This document shows, piece after piece, positions 14,401 to 24,689 of a stretch of DNA of 64,000 bases. The stretch comes from Okamejei kenojei (taxonomy: Eukaryota), in NCBI GenBank assembly GCA_035221665.1, contig CM069154.1, positions 5,890,001 through 5,954,000 of the forward strand, given 5' to 3'. The notes under the pieces are model-generated. The model did no database searches. It was not told where the DNA came from and saw nothing but the letters and a program-made list of their open reading frames with translations. A program made the translations under genes and the position numbers. The first letter of the stretch is position 1, and the number at the start of each line of letters is the position of its first letter.

Positions 14401-17400
14401 GGGCTATATTTGGTAGGGGACAGGGGGGGAAGGGAGGAAGAGGCATGGGTTAAATGGCTGCACAGAAAAGTGAGAGAGGGTAGGGGGGTATGCAATGTAA
14501 AATTGGAGAATTTAATGATCATAAGACATTTTTCTATTTATTGAATTGATTGGAAAATACAGCATGGAAACACGCCCTTTGGCCCACCGAGTCCAAGCTG
14601 CCCATGAAACACCTCTTCACACTAAAGATAGACACAAGATGCTGGAGTAACTCAGCGGGTCAGGCAGCATCTCAGGCGTGATGTTTCGGGATTGGGACCC
14701 TTCTTCAGACACCCTTCTCCTGGGCTGCTGCCTGACCTGCTGAGTTACTCCAGCACTTTGTTTCTACCTTTGGTACAAGCCAGCACCTGCAGTTCTTTGG
14801 TCCTAACTGTTTACACTAGTTGGGCAGTACAGTAGCACAGCATAAGAGTGGCTGCCTTACAGCACCAGTCCCGGGTTTGATCCTGACTATGGATGCTGTC
14901 TGCACAGAATTTGTATGTTCTCCCTGTGACAGCATGGGTTTTGCCTGGGTGCTCTGGTTACCTCCCACACTCCAAAGATAAGGTTGTAAGTTAATAGTAA
15001 GATTAAACGAGAACTTACCAGTTCGAAGTTTGATCGTTATTTTATGAGGAGTAACGATGAGGGATTACGTGAAGAAGGCCTGCCTGGCGCTAGAACGGCA
15101 TACTTCAAAGCAGCGGCATGAAAAACACAGAACACAATAGCCGGAGTAAGATAGTAAGGCTCACCATAGATTTAGAACTACCAGATGATCATTTATTTTA
15201 TGAGGGTGTGGAGTGGAGGGCACGTAATCCCTCATCGTTACTCCTCATAAAATAACGATCAAACTTCGAACTGGTAAGTTCTCGTTTAATCTTACTATTT
15301 TACTTCGGAGTCACGTGAGTGACTACGTGAAGATTTTGAAGCTTCTGTGTTTTCCATGTCGTAGAATTCTTCCATACGACAGTCCAGCTAGGTCAACACA
15401 TACATGAGTAAAAAACCTTTTAGACTAGTTTTAGTTCTTTCCATAAATCCTTTAATGATAAAAGAACATATAATAACCCCCTTTTACATCTGGGGAAACC
15501 ATTACAAAGTGATAAAAGATATAAGTGATAACATAATTCATAATATCAATCGATAGTGAAACAAAGCAGGTGATTACAGTGAACCCAACACCGCGTGTCC
15601 AAAGCCTGTCATTGTGTGAACAGGTTTATTGTAGAACTTAAAAAAAATTTCTTCTTTACACCACCCTGCGGTTTCTAAAATGTGTTCGAGTGGTACGTCC
15701 TGTAACTTCGCCGCGGACGTAGCTGCTGCCCTGGTGGAGTGAGATTTGAACACATCAGTGTCTACTCCTGATAAAAGTAACACCTGTTTTAACCACCTTG
15801 AAATTGTTTGCACTGAAGCTTTTGTGTGTGGTTTCTTATGCGTAATCATTAACGTTTTTTCATCACCTCAAAGAGTTTTGGTAACTTTTACATATTGATT
15901 CAAATGTTTAACTACACACAACGTTGGATCAATAGGGTAAGCTTGAAACATTACCTTTGCTCCAGTTCTCCCTGGTCTGCTTTGTTTGATCAGATCGTAA
16001 ACATAGAACACAATGTTATCTGCAGCCACATGCATACAGTCTAAACGTAGCATTTGTAATGTTTGCACCCTTTGAGCTGAAACCAATGCCATTAACATGA
16101 CTAATTTAAATGTTAACTTTTCCAATGACAAAACTTCGATTGGAGTCCATTGCCTAAGTAAAGTAAGTACAATGCTGACATCTCAAATTTCTGTATATCT
16201 TGGTTTGGGTGGATTTTTGTTAAAGATTCCTTTCATAAATCTGGATATTAATGGATGTGATCCAAATGATTTCTGGTCAGATATTTGTCCTAAATAAGAT
16301 GATAAGGCACTACGTGCACTATTAATGGCACTATAACTTAAGTGCTGTTCAAAATGCAACTCGGCAACGAACTCCAATATGTTTGCAATGTTCACAGTAT
16401 GATAGGATATATTTGATTGTCTACAAAAATTTTCCCATTTCTTTATATGTGTCATATATTGTCTCTGAGTGCTATCTCGCCATGATGCGACTATAATATC
16501 CATAGTTCTATCCGACAATCCAAGCTCTTGGAGTGGTCTGGTCAAAACGAGGATGTAACTAGTAGCGTGGATAAGGGAGAACCAGTGGATGTGGTATATC
16601 TGGACTTCCAGAAGGCTTTCGACAAGGTCCCACATAAGAGATTAGTATACAAACTTAAAGCATACGGTATTAGGGGTTCAGTATTGATGTGGATAGAGAA
16701 CTGGCTGGCAAACAGGAAGCAAAGAGTAGGAGTAAACGGGTCCTTTTCACAATGGCAGGCAGTGACTAGTGGGGTACCGCAGGGCTCAGTGCTGGGATCC
16801 CAGCTTTTTACAATATATATTAATGATCTGGATGAGGGAATTGAAGGCAATATCTCCAAGTTTGCGGATGACACTAAGCTGGGGGGCAGTGTTAGCTGTG
16901 AGGAGGATGCTAGGAGACTGCAAGGTGACTTGGATAGGCTGGGTGAGTGGGCAAATGTTTGGCAGATGCAGTATAATGTGGATAAATGTGAGGTTATCCA
17001 CTTTGGTGGCAAAAACAGGAAAGCAGACTATTATTTAAATGGTGGCCGATTAGGAAAAGGGGAGATGCAGCGAGACCTGGGTGTCATGGTACACCAGTCA
17101 TTGAAAGTAGGCATGCAGGTGCAGCAGGCAGCGAAAAAGGCGAATGGTATGTTAGCTTTCATAGCAAAAGGATTTGAGTACAGGAGCAGGGAGGTTCTAC
17201 TTCAGTTGTACAGGGTCTTGGTGAGACCACACCTGGAGTATTGCGTACAGTTTTGGTCTCCAAATCTGAGGAAGGACATTATTGCCATAGAGGGAGTGCA
17301 GAGAAGGTTCACCAGACTGATTCCTGGGATGTCAGGACTGTCTTATGAAGAAAGACTGGATAGACTCGGTTTATACTCTCTGGAATTTAGGAGATTGAGA

Positions 17401-20400
17401 GGGGATCTTATAGAAACTTACAACATTCTTAAGGGGTTGGACAGGCTAGATGCAGGAAGATTGTTCCCGATGTTGGGGAAGTCCAGGACAAGGGGTCACA
17501 GCTTAAGGATAAGGGGGAAATCCTTTAAGACCGAGATGAGAAAGACTTTTTTCACACACAGAGTGGTGAGTCTCTGGAACTCTCTGCCACAGAGGGTAGT
17601 TGAGGCCAGTTCATTGGCTATATTTAAGAGTGAGTTGGATGTGGCCCTTGTGGCTAAGGGGATCAGAGGGTATGGAGAGAAGGCAGGTACGGGATACTGA
17701 GTTGGATGATCAGCCATGATCATATTGAATGGCGGTGCAGGCTCGAAGGGCTGAATGGCCTACTCCTGCACCTAATTTCTATGTTTCTATGTTTCTAAAA
17801 CCTGCAGATTAACAAATTCATATAAGCATGTAATGGATGAATATCTTTAGTTACTGGTTTTATCAATAAATCACTGCTGCTAGGAATTGACATATATGGT
17901 TCTTTAATCATGTTTAACATCAATGGGAACCATGGTTGTGTCGGCCAATTTGGAATCACTAATAATCCTGTGGCAGAATCTTGCTCTATTTTCTTCAGAC
18001 ATTGCTGAACCAGAGCAAATGGCGGAAAGGCATAAAAGAACATATTCCCCCAATGTAGTGAAAAAGCATCTACTGCTACTGCATCTGGATCTGGTTCCCA
18101 AGACACATATTTAGGCAATTGATGATTTAATCTTGATGCAAACAGATCAATGTCTGGTAACCCATATTGAATCACAATTTTACTGAAAATTACTGGGTTC
18201 AGCATCCATTCTGTGTTGTCTTTAAACACCTTTGATCTATTGTCTGCCACCACATTATCTTTACCTAGAATGTAATTTGCCGAAATCCAAATTTGGTGCT
18301 TAATACACCACTGCCATATCTGATTGACCAGACAATCACATGATACTGATCTTACTCCACCCATGTGATTAATATATGCAACAGCTGTTTTATTGTCTAA
18401 TTGTATCAGTACATGCAGATTCTTTTTTGTAGAACAATAGGCTTTTAACCCATAAAACGCTCCCAATAATTTTAAATAGTTAATACCATATGTTTGGAGA
18501 AACATTTCCTCTTGGACAGTCCATCTGCCCCCACAGCTGGTAAATGAATCTGTTGCCCCCCATCCGAGATCACTAGCATCTATTTGTAAAATTACTTCAG
18601 GCTGTTGTATCAAAATGTTTTTTGCAGCTTGTGGGACATTTTCAATCCACCATTGTAATTCCAATAAAGCTTCTTTTGTTAATTGCATAGGCCTATCAAA
18701 ATGGCCTGCTCTCTTTTTTAGAGCTCTTATTTTGTCCCTTTGAAGGTTTTGGTAATGTAATGGACCAAATTCTACTGTAGGAAATGCTGCTACTAATTTA
18801 CCAATAACCTTTGCTACTTCTCGGATGGAGGGATAAGGTTTGTGAATGAGACCCCTACAGGTCATTAGAATATCATCAATCTTATCTGTTGGCAAAGTTA
18901 CTAACATAGTAACTGAGTTAATCACAAACCCCAAATAGTTAATTGACTGTGCTGGCTGCAGCTGGGACTTAATTGGATGAATCAAGAAACCTAATTTCTC
19001 AAATAAAGTTTTAGTTGCTGAAACTGATTTTTCAGCTGATTCCAGATTACTATTGATGATTAAAATATCATCCAGATAAGCCATAATAATGTGCTTTTGT
19101 GCTCTTAATTGTGCTAAAGCTGGTTTCAACAGCTTTGTAAAGAGCCTGGGAGCTGAACTTAACCCATTTGGTAAAGCATTGAATTGCCACAGCTGTCCCA
19201 GCCAATTAAATTTTAAATACCTTCGAAAGAACCGATGTATTGGTACTGAATAGTACGCATCCTTTAAGTCAATTGTAGCCATATAACAACCTGCTGATAT
19301 CAAATGTCTTGTAGTGTTGAATGTTTCCATCTTAAAATGTTTATAATCTACACATTTTTTATTAAAGTTTGTAAGGTCCAGAATAATTCTGCAACCACCA
19401 TCTTTTTTACTTCTTGGAAATATGTTTGACACAAATTGATGTTTATGTTCAACAGTTTTTTCAATAACACCTTTTTTACACAATTTGTCAATTTCCACAT
19501 TAATTTCTGCCTCTTCAGTTGCAGAAAACATGAAACCATAAGCAGGTTTATTTTGTACCAGAGAATTAACACCTTCTTTAAATGTAATAGTAGCTCCTGA
19601 AACTGTTTGTAAAATAAATCGATCAGATGTGATGGCCAGCCATTCATTATAAAACATTTGTAATCTCCCTCCAACTGGAGATTTGTCCACAGTTTCTTTA
19701 AGAATTGAATAAATTTTTTGTACCTCTCCATATGAACGTGGTGGTCTCCTTCTCCCCGTATACGGGTGAACATTAGGCTGAGTCGGATGGTAATATTTTC
19801 TTATCATATTCCAGCCTCTGCTTCCAAAATCAAAACCCCTTCTTGACGAAAAATACCTTTTTTGTCCAAAACAAAAGGTCTCATGTGGCTAATAGATTTA
19901 GCCTCTTCATCCATTTCTCTCCAAATAGATAACCAGGAGCTTGAACACCACTTGGTCGACACAGACCTGCAAACCTTGGATGGAATATGTGCCGAATCGC
20001 AATTTTTCTCATACAATTAATTTCATAGAAGGAATTGCACAATAAGCCCAAAGTATCTTTTTGGATTTTAACCATTTCCGACCCCTCCATTTGCCTTCCA
20101 AAAGCAGTAATGGCAGCTGAAATCAATTTGAGGATTCTTTGAAATCTTATTTCTTGTCCTCTCATGCCTGGAGTCAAAGGCGTCCATATGGACGGATTAA
20201 CCGTAGGTACCTTCAGTGAGGTGCAATTTTCCGGTGTTTTATATAATTCTGCTGTTTCAATCATCACAGAATCTTGAAGTTGGTGAGATACCATATAATT
20301 AATACTGGCAGCTAGGCTTTCTTCCATAGCCTCACCACTTCCTTCAGGTATAGCAAAATCTTTTGCCATATCAGGCACATCTGGCCTATTCTTTTTTATT

Positions 20401-23400
20401 CGTGGTGTGCACTCATAATCCACATCACCACTTGCAGGGTCTGTCTTCTGCAGCCCTGATACACTTGGAATTATATCCAATGAGACTTCCTCCGCCCTTA
20501 ATCCTGGGTCTGGAGTTTCAAATTCCCAATTTGGCACATAGCCATATTCATTATATTCAAACCCCTCAGGGTCATTTTGGGAAACTTCTGGGTACTGTGA
20601 CCATTGTCTCATTATATTTTGGAGCACTTTCTCCATATGTTCCATTTTAAGCCATATAGCTTTATTATCCGGAGGACTTTCGTTATCAGAGTCATTATCC
20701 GAAACCACGGGCCTCACGGATTTCTTTTTACTTTTTCTTGGAACATTTTCCTCCATGGTTTGCATTTCTGGAGAAATTATAGTCTCACTAACGGGTGAAT
20801 CAGCGGCCACCGGTATCGGAACCGGATCCGCACTAATCTCTTGTCCCGACTCTTTAGCTTCTCCCCGGGATGATCTTTTTACCCGCAAAACTTTCCTTTG
20901 AGACTTCTCCATTTTTCTTTTTTATTATCTGGCTCAATCAGTACGCCAGCGTGACTCTGATTTTAACTTTTACTTTCTCTTTTGCTGGTTCTACCAGCAT
21001 AACGTCTTTTTTAGAACGTCCCCACTTTCTTTGCTACTTACCTGCGGGTCCGTTCCAGCCACTGCGAGGAGCTGTGCTCTGCAGCTCTTGCTTCTGCCGT
21101 CAGCATCGACGTAAAGCCGTTCTAGCACCAGGCGGGCCTTCTTCACGTAGTCACTCACGTGACTCCGAAGTAAAATAGGCTTCCGTAAACTACCCCAAGG
21201 GTGTAGGATAGAACTGGTGCACGGGTAATCGTTGGTCGGCTTGGACATAGTGGGCCGAAGGGCCTGTTCCTGGCTGTATATCTAAAACTAACTAATTGTC
21301 ATGTTGCATTTAATGAGCTGTGAGAATATTCTCCAAGGTCCTTCTGTTCCCCCACACTCCCTCAACATCCATGTATTAATGTCTTTATTTAGATCTCTTT
21401 GTTAAATGTAATTCCTCTCACTTCTCTGGATTAAACGGTCTTTGACACTTTTCTGCCTTACTGATTTGTCCATCCATATCTGCCCTGTGGTCAAAAGCCT
21501 TCTTCTCCCTGACAACCATACAGCTGATCTTTGTCTCATCTGCAGAGGACTTCGCCATGCCCCCTACATTTATCTACATCAATGATTCTTGCTATTGAGG
21601 GAGAGCAGCGTAGCTTTACAAGGTTAATTCCCAGGATGGCGGGACTGTCATATGCTGAGAGAATGGAGTGGCTGTGCTTGTATACTCTGGAATTTAGAAG
21701 TATGAGAGGGAATCTTATTGAAACATGTAAGATTATGAAGGGTTTGGACATGCTAGTGGCAGGAAACATGTTCCCGATGTTGGGGGAGTCCAGAACCAGG
21801 GGCCACAGTTTAAGAATAAGGGGTAAGCCATTTAGAACGGAGACGAGGAAACACAGAGAGTTGTCGGTATGTGGAATTCTCTGCCTCAGAGTGCGTGGAG
21901 ACCCATTCTCTGGAAACTTTCAAGAGAAAGCTAGATAGGGCTCTTAAAGAGTCAGGGGATATGGGGAGAAGGCAGGAACGGGATACTGATTGGGGATGAT
22001 CAAGCATTATCACATTCAATGGTGGTGAGGGCTCAAAGGGCCGAATGGCCTACTCCTGCACCTATTGTCTGTTGTCTATTGATGAGTACTGAGGCTTGTG
22101 GATCCCTACAACAACCTCATCCCCAAAATGCACAAATATTATTGGCCTGTTTTATGGAGGGTAAACCTCATGAAAACATCGGACTGGCTGCGGACGCTAC
22201 AAATAGGCCCCGACCTCGGGTGGACTATGAGGAGGAGGAGGAGGAGGAGGAGAACTAGACTTTTTTGGCGCCTTCCCTCACAGTGGATTCTGCTGTGGGG
22301 GCCGATTCATGTTGATTCCTATAGCGTATTGTGTCTTTTTTCTTTTTTCTTTTATATGGTGTATGGAAATCTAATTTCTTCTCTGTAAAGCACTTTGGCT
22401 TCAACGTGATTTGATTTAAAAGTGCTATATAAATAAAAATTACTTACTTACTTATTTATGGGTAATATTTGCCATCTCCCCCATCTATAAACTAGGAAAT
22501 AGTCACCTACATTTCACGCTGCTTTGCAAGGCCACCAGCATAATCATGGAGCAGTTTCATCCCAGTCACTCCTTCTTTACCTGTCTACCGTTAGGCACAA
22601 GGTACAGAAGTTTGAACCCAATGCTCCAGATTCAGAGACAGTTTTCTTCCCAACTGTTATCAGGCAACTGACCCATCCTCTCACTAGCTAGAGCGAGTCC
22701 TGACCTTGTATTTACCCCCTTGAACAATCAATAATTGGACTCAAACTAAATTAAACTAGTAAAGCAATGATCCTAGATTGATCTGGTGAATGAAGACAGT
22801 CAATGTTGGCCTTCACCCATGCATCTAAGCATCAGTGATAATATTTAAAAAATAATAACTTGGTAACAAGAAATTATTGATATTGCATGCTGATGACTTT
22901 GACAAATATGCATAGTTATAGTCCAAGAACAAGAAGGAAATGGCTACTTATTGCAAGAGCAACCCTAGGCCCAAGAGGAACTGAGATGTCAACTAATTTA
23001 ATATCTGAACTTTAAATAAGAGGAAGTGTTGTAAAATGGAGACATTGTAAATTGTTTTGGCATTATTGCTTGGCTGCTGTTAGTGAGTGCAAGCAAGCAA
23101 TGAAACAATATTTTATGAATAGAAAGGGTTTCTTTGCACTTTGACACTGTTACTTTAGTTTAGTTTAGTTTAAGACATTTTAAGATAGAGCATGGAAACT
23201 GGCCTTTCGGCCCAACGTGACCGTGCTGACCTGGTATCTTGCACACTAGGGACAATTTACATAGTCCTTATTCCCTATTTAAAGAGGCCAATTAACTTAC
23301 AAACTTGTGCGTCTTTGGGATGTGAGTGGAAACCAGAGGACTGGGAAAAAACCCACAGGGAGAAAGTACAAACTCCGTACAGACAGACCCCTTAGTCAGG

Positions 23401-24594
23401 ATCGAACCCAGGTCCCTGGTACTGTAAGGCACCGCTGTGCCACTGTCCCTCCCACTTGTAATTGTTTCTGTTCTTTCATTCACAGTCGGTTTGTGCTTTC
23501 AGATACATTGGCGGCCATGATTTATGTGTGGCACAGTGATAGAGACAGGAGATTGGAAAACCACACTCTAAAAATGAGACAAAAGAGATTGCAGATGCTG
23601 GAATCTGGAACAACAAACAGCACACTGGAAGGAATCAACGGGTTATGGAGGTTTGAAGGCAAAAAAGTGTAAGTCATTCTTTCAGATCGAGACCCTGCAT
23701 CGGGACTGAGAGGGGACAGAGATGTTTGGCAACATATAGATGTACTAAAGCGTGGGAGGGTCGGGACTGGTTGAGGAGGATGGAACTGGATAAAGAGAAT
23801 GTGTTTGATAGAGAATACACAAGCAGAACACGAGAGGTTGATTGATAGTTCAAAACTCAATGGTATAAACATACATTTTCCAATTTTGGGTAATTCACAC
23901 CCTCTGGTGGTTCTCCTCCCACACAAGCCCACCTGCCGATCCTGCCTCAACCTTTCCTGCCTCCCTTCTCAGTCCCGATACAGGGTCCTCTTCGCATTCA
24001 CAGATGCTGGCTGACCCGCTGAGTTCTTCTTTCTTGTTCCACGCCCCAATATTGTTCAGTTATCTTTACATCTGCAAGCATTTAACTATGTCCATCCACT
24101 GCAGAAATGGTGCACGAGACTCAGATAAATTCTGATCACCAAAATGAAAATCAAAATAAAACTATGGGGAGGTTAAAAAATCTAACACAAAAACAAAAAA
24201 ATAATCAGGTGGTCAGGCCGCATCTGTGGCAAGAGAGTTAGGTTTTAGGTCGAAGGATCTCTGATCTGAAAAGATGACTCTTTTTCTCGGCACACCTGCT
24301 AAGTATTTCCAGCATAAAGGAAGGAACTGCAGATACTGGTTTACACCGAAGATAGACACAAAATGCTGGAATAACTCAGAGGGACAGGCAGCATCTCTGG
24401 ATAGAAGGTATGGGTGACATTTTGGTTTGAGACTTTTCTTCAGCCTGGCCCGCTGAGTTACTCCAGCACTTTGTGACTATCTCGTACTTCCCATAGTGTC
24501 TGGTCAGATGAACGTCCAAATCAAGCTGTTACTTACCGGGCAGGGAATAAATGAGTAGAATTGGAATCCACATAGTTTTATCCAAGTAGACCAT
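2399..24594 (-). CDS. Gene A: CD300/pIgR-like (MDIR-like) single-V receptor, leader-V-stalk-TM-cytoplasmic; 3' end outside window
   Basis: Six GT-AG exons with matching phases (1,1,2,1,1,0) join into one open frame: MWIPILLIYSLPVSGALWA-V domain-ERKSNPGSLTT...-RPIIWLSIAGALLVVIVAGLLCC-...YNNEMQ. Confidence 0.85.
3494..3526 (-). CDS. Gene A cytoplasmic exon (3' half of an interrupted exon)
   Basis: 33 nt, phase 1-1, IHGTITKRLSR; donor gtaagattta and ACTAAGAGG shared with gene B exon 31633-31688; the acceptor appears TE-derived. Confidence 0.5.
3521..4001 (-). mobile_element. CR1/HER1-like 3' fragment with nested Penelope hairpin (~3658-3845)
   Basis: ggccc...ccaacttgccc...aactacctcctctggcagctcgttcca...caggttcctattaaat, matching similar fragments at 39845-40146. 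Confidence 0.7.
4780..4865 (-). CDS. Gene A transmembrane exon (uncharged TM)
   Basis: ctttctctgtcccatag|...A|gtgagt, 86 nt, phase 2-1; PIIWLSIAGALLVVIVAGLLCCLKCGQK. Confidence 0.85.
5498..6017 (-). mobile_element. CR1/HER1-like 3' fragment with (ATATGGTT)n tail
   Basis: ORF 5579-6016 ERVQRRFTRM..LERRRLRGDLIE..FFTQRVV. Confidence 0.9.
6374..7667. mobile_element. Non-autonomous DNA transposon (~1.3 kb) with 15-bp TIRs
   Basis: TIR aggtatgttacaaaa / ttttgtaacattgct; flanking direct repeat acttgtagt (6365-6373, 7668-7676; 7-9 bp depending on TIR boundary). Confidence 0.85.
7274..7485 (+). mobile_element. Short non-LTR retro-insertion with (AAG)n tail
   Basis: 11-bp TSD aagtcaatgga (7263-7273, 7486-7496). 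Confidence 0.8.
7913..10127 (-). mobile_element. Rex1/Babar-clade LINE, internally deleted and frameshifted
   Basis: FPNQKPW, CLNDYRPVALT, LFIDYSSAF, FKFLGVHI, AHQRLYFLRRL; tail ttgac repeats at ~7913-7930. Confidence 0.9.
10885..11390 (+). mobile_element. Degraded CR1 3' fragment
   Basis: gggatcttataga...ggggccacagttta...ggcctactcctgcac tail. Confidence 0.85.
11471..11573 (-). CDS. Gene A Ser/Thr/Pro-rich stalk exon
   Basis: tttccttttctcaacag|...AG|gtataa, 103 nt, phase 1-2; ERKSNPGSLTTVAFTSNTKLTPNHQETTAPNFSN. Confidence 0.75.
11765..12540 (-). mobile_element. Non-coding non-autonomous element with Rex1-like 3' tail
   Basis: gtgacaataaa...(GAACTT)n tail at ~11765-11800; GC-rich 5' end ggtggcgctg; inserted in a Penelope hairpin. 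Confidence 0.5.
12758..13010 (+). mobile_element. tRNA-derived V-SINE (HE1-like); representative of >12 copies (also ~4103, 5125, 14822+21178, 23155, 24988, 25918, 26508, 29650, 35010, 38236, 55533+57128, 63050)
   Basis: A box tggcgcagc.gtag, B box ggttcgatcc, V-domain core (gcgtgggttttctcc...cccac.ctccaaagac), HER1-like tail. Confidence 0.88.
13330..13930 (+). repeat. V exon plus ~250 bp downstream intron duplicated at ~46690-47395
   Basis: Shared intronic text gaagtgggtggccgctcagtgggacag...ggagcctcgggatatcggtg...aaaacatggatcagg. Confidence 0.88.
13606..13926 (-). CDS. Gene A V-set Ig exon (CD300/pIgR type)
   Basis: ctctcag|...G|gtacg, 321 nt, phase 1-1; ITIDCHY, KYWC...C (extra C-C' disulfide), DTGWYRCG. 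Confidence 0.93.
15574..16548 (-). pseudogene. DIRS tyrosine recombinase, inactivated
   Basis: SAQRVQTL, FKSHSTRAAATS, AGW...FY; in-frame stops at 16183 and 15868; 5' end cut by a CR1 insertion. Confidence 0.9.
16549..17796 (+). mobile_element. 5'-truncated young CR1 LINE inserted in the DIRS
   Basis: RT C-terminus (LDFQKAFD, GVPQGSVLG, KFADD), (TTCTATGT)n tail, TSD aaaac at 16544-16548 and 17797-17801. Confidence 0.95.
17795..19807 (-). CDS. DIRS pol: reverse transcriptase, RNase H, methyltransferase-like region
   Basis: 670 aa; IDLKDAYY, LPNGLSSAP, AYLDD, IDASDLGWG, DLFASRLN, YAFPPF. Confidence 0.93.
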   Translation of the reverse strand: MIRKYYHPTQPNVHPYTGRRRPPRSYGEVQKIYSILKETVDKSPVGGRLQMFYNEWLAITSDRFILQTVSGATITFKEGVNSLVQNKPAYGFMFSATEEAEINVEIDKLCKKGVIEKTVEHKHQFVSNIFPRSKKDGGCRIILDLTNFNKKCVDYKHFKMETFNTTRHLISAGCYMATIDLKDAYYSVPIHRFFRRYLKFNWLGQLWQFNALPNGLSSAPRLFTKLLKPALAQLRAQKHIIMAYLDDILIINSNLESAEKSVSATKTLFEKLGFLIHPIKSQLQPAQSINYLGFVINSVTMLVTLPTDKIDDILMTCRGLIHKPYPSIREVAKVIGKLVAAFPTVEFGPLHYQNLQRDKIRALKKRAGHFDRPMQLTKEALLELQWWIENVPQAAKNILIQQPEVILQIDASDLGWGATDSFTSCGGRWTVQEEMFLQTYGINYLKLLGAFYGLKAYCSTKKNLHVLIQLDNKTAVAYINHMGGVRSVSCDCLVNQIWQWCIKHQIWISANYILGKDNVVADNRSKVFKDNTEWMLNPVIFSKIVIQYGLPDIDLFASRLNHQLPKYVSWEPDPDAVAVDAFSLHWGNMFFYAFPPFALVQQCLKKIEQDSATGLLVIPNWPTQPWFPLMLNMIKEPYMSIPSSSDLLIKPVTKDIHPLHAYMNLLICRF
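19881..20912 (-). CDS. DIRS gag-like ORF1 (probable frameshift near 19920)
   Basis: 343-aa ORF first in the element, with YKTPENCTSLKVPTVNPSIW motif. Confidence 0.75.
   Translation of the reverse strand: MEKSQRKVLRVKRSSRGEAKESGQEISADPVPIPVAADSPVSETIISPEMQTMEENVPRKSKKKSVRPVVSDNDSDNESPPDNKAIWLKMEHMEKVLQNIMRQWSQYPEVSQNDPEGFEYNEYGYVPNWEFETPDPGLRAEEVSLDIIPSVSGLQKTDPASGDVDYECTPRIKKNRPDVPDMAKDFAIPEGSGEAMEESLAASINYMVSHQLQDSVMIETAELYKTPENCTSLKVPTVNPSIWTPLTPGMRGQEIRFQRILKLISAAITAFGRQMEGSEMVKIQKDTLGLLCNSFYEINCMRKIAIRHIFHPRFAGLCRPSGVQAPGYLFGEKWMKRLNLLAT
21578..22082 (+). mobile_element. Degraded CR1 3' fragment
   Basis: ORF 21531-21938 AIEGEQRSFTRLIP..SRTRGHSLRIRG. Confidence 0.85.
22160..22457 (+). 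mobile_element. Element with L2-type 3' tail and (GAG)n run
   Basis: gtaaagcactttgg...aagtgctatataaataaa(TTAC)n. Confidence 0.55.
24537..24594 (-). CDS. Gene A exon 1, signal peptide (MVYLDKT)MWIPILLIYSLP
   Basis: In-frame ATGs at 24594 (gctaccATGG) and 24573; phase-1 donor G|GTAAGT; near-identical to the gene B leader. Confidence 0.88.
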
Positions 24595-24665
24595 GGTAGC
24601 ACTGATTTGCTGTTCAGCTCTTGGTCCTCAGACTGAACCGTCTGACAAATATGACATGTATTAAG

Positions 24666-24689
24666 AATGAGGAAGCAGGGAACAGGAAG
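24666..24689. promoter_or_regulatory. Putative ETS/PU.1 sites (GAGGAAG, CAGGAAG) upstream of gene A leader
   Basis: aatgaggaag occurs ~90-100 bp upstream of the MWIP ATG in both gene A (24666-24675) and gene B (48593-48602). Confidence 0.4.

Larger units (their letters stand above)
14993..21178 (-). mobile_element. Full-length DIRS1-type retrotransposon in gene A intron 1, inserted into a SINE
   Basis: 5' ITR ~21115-21177, 3' ITR ~14994-15100, ICR ~15221-15332 complementary to both ends; gag, RT-RNaseH and YR ORFs. Confidence 0.95.
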
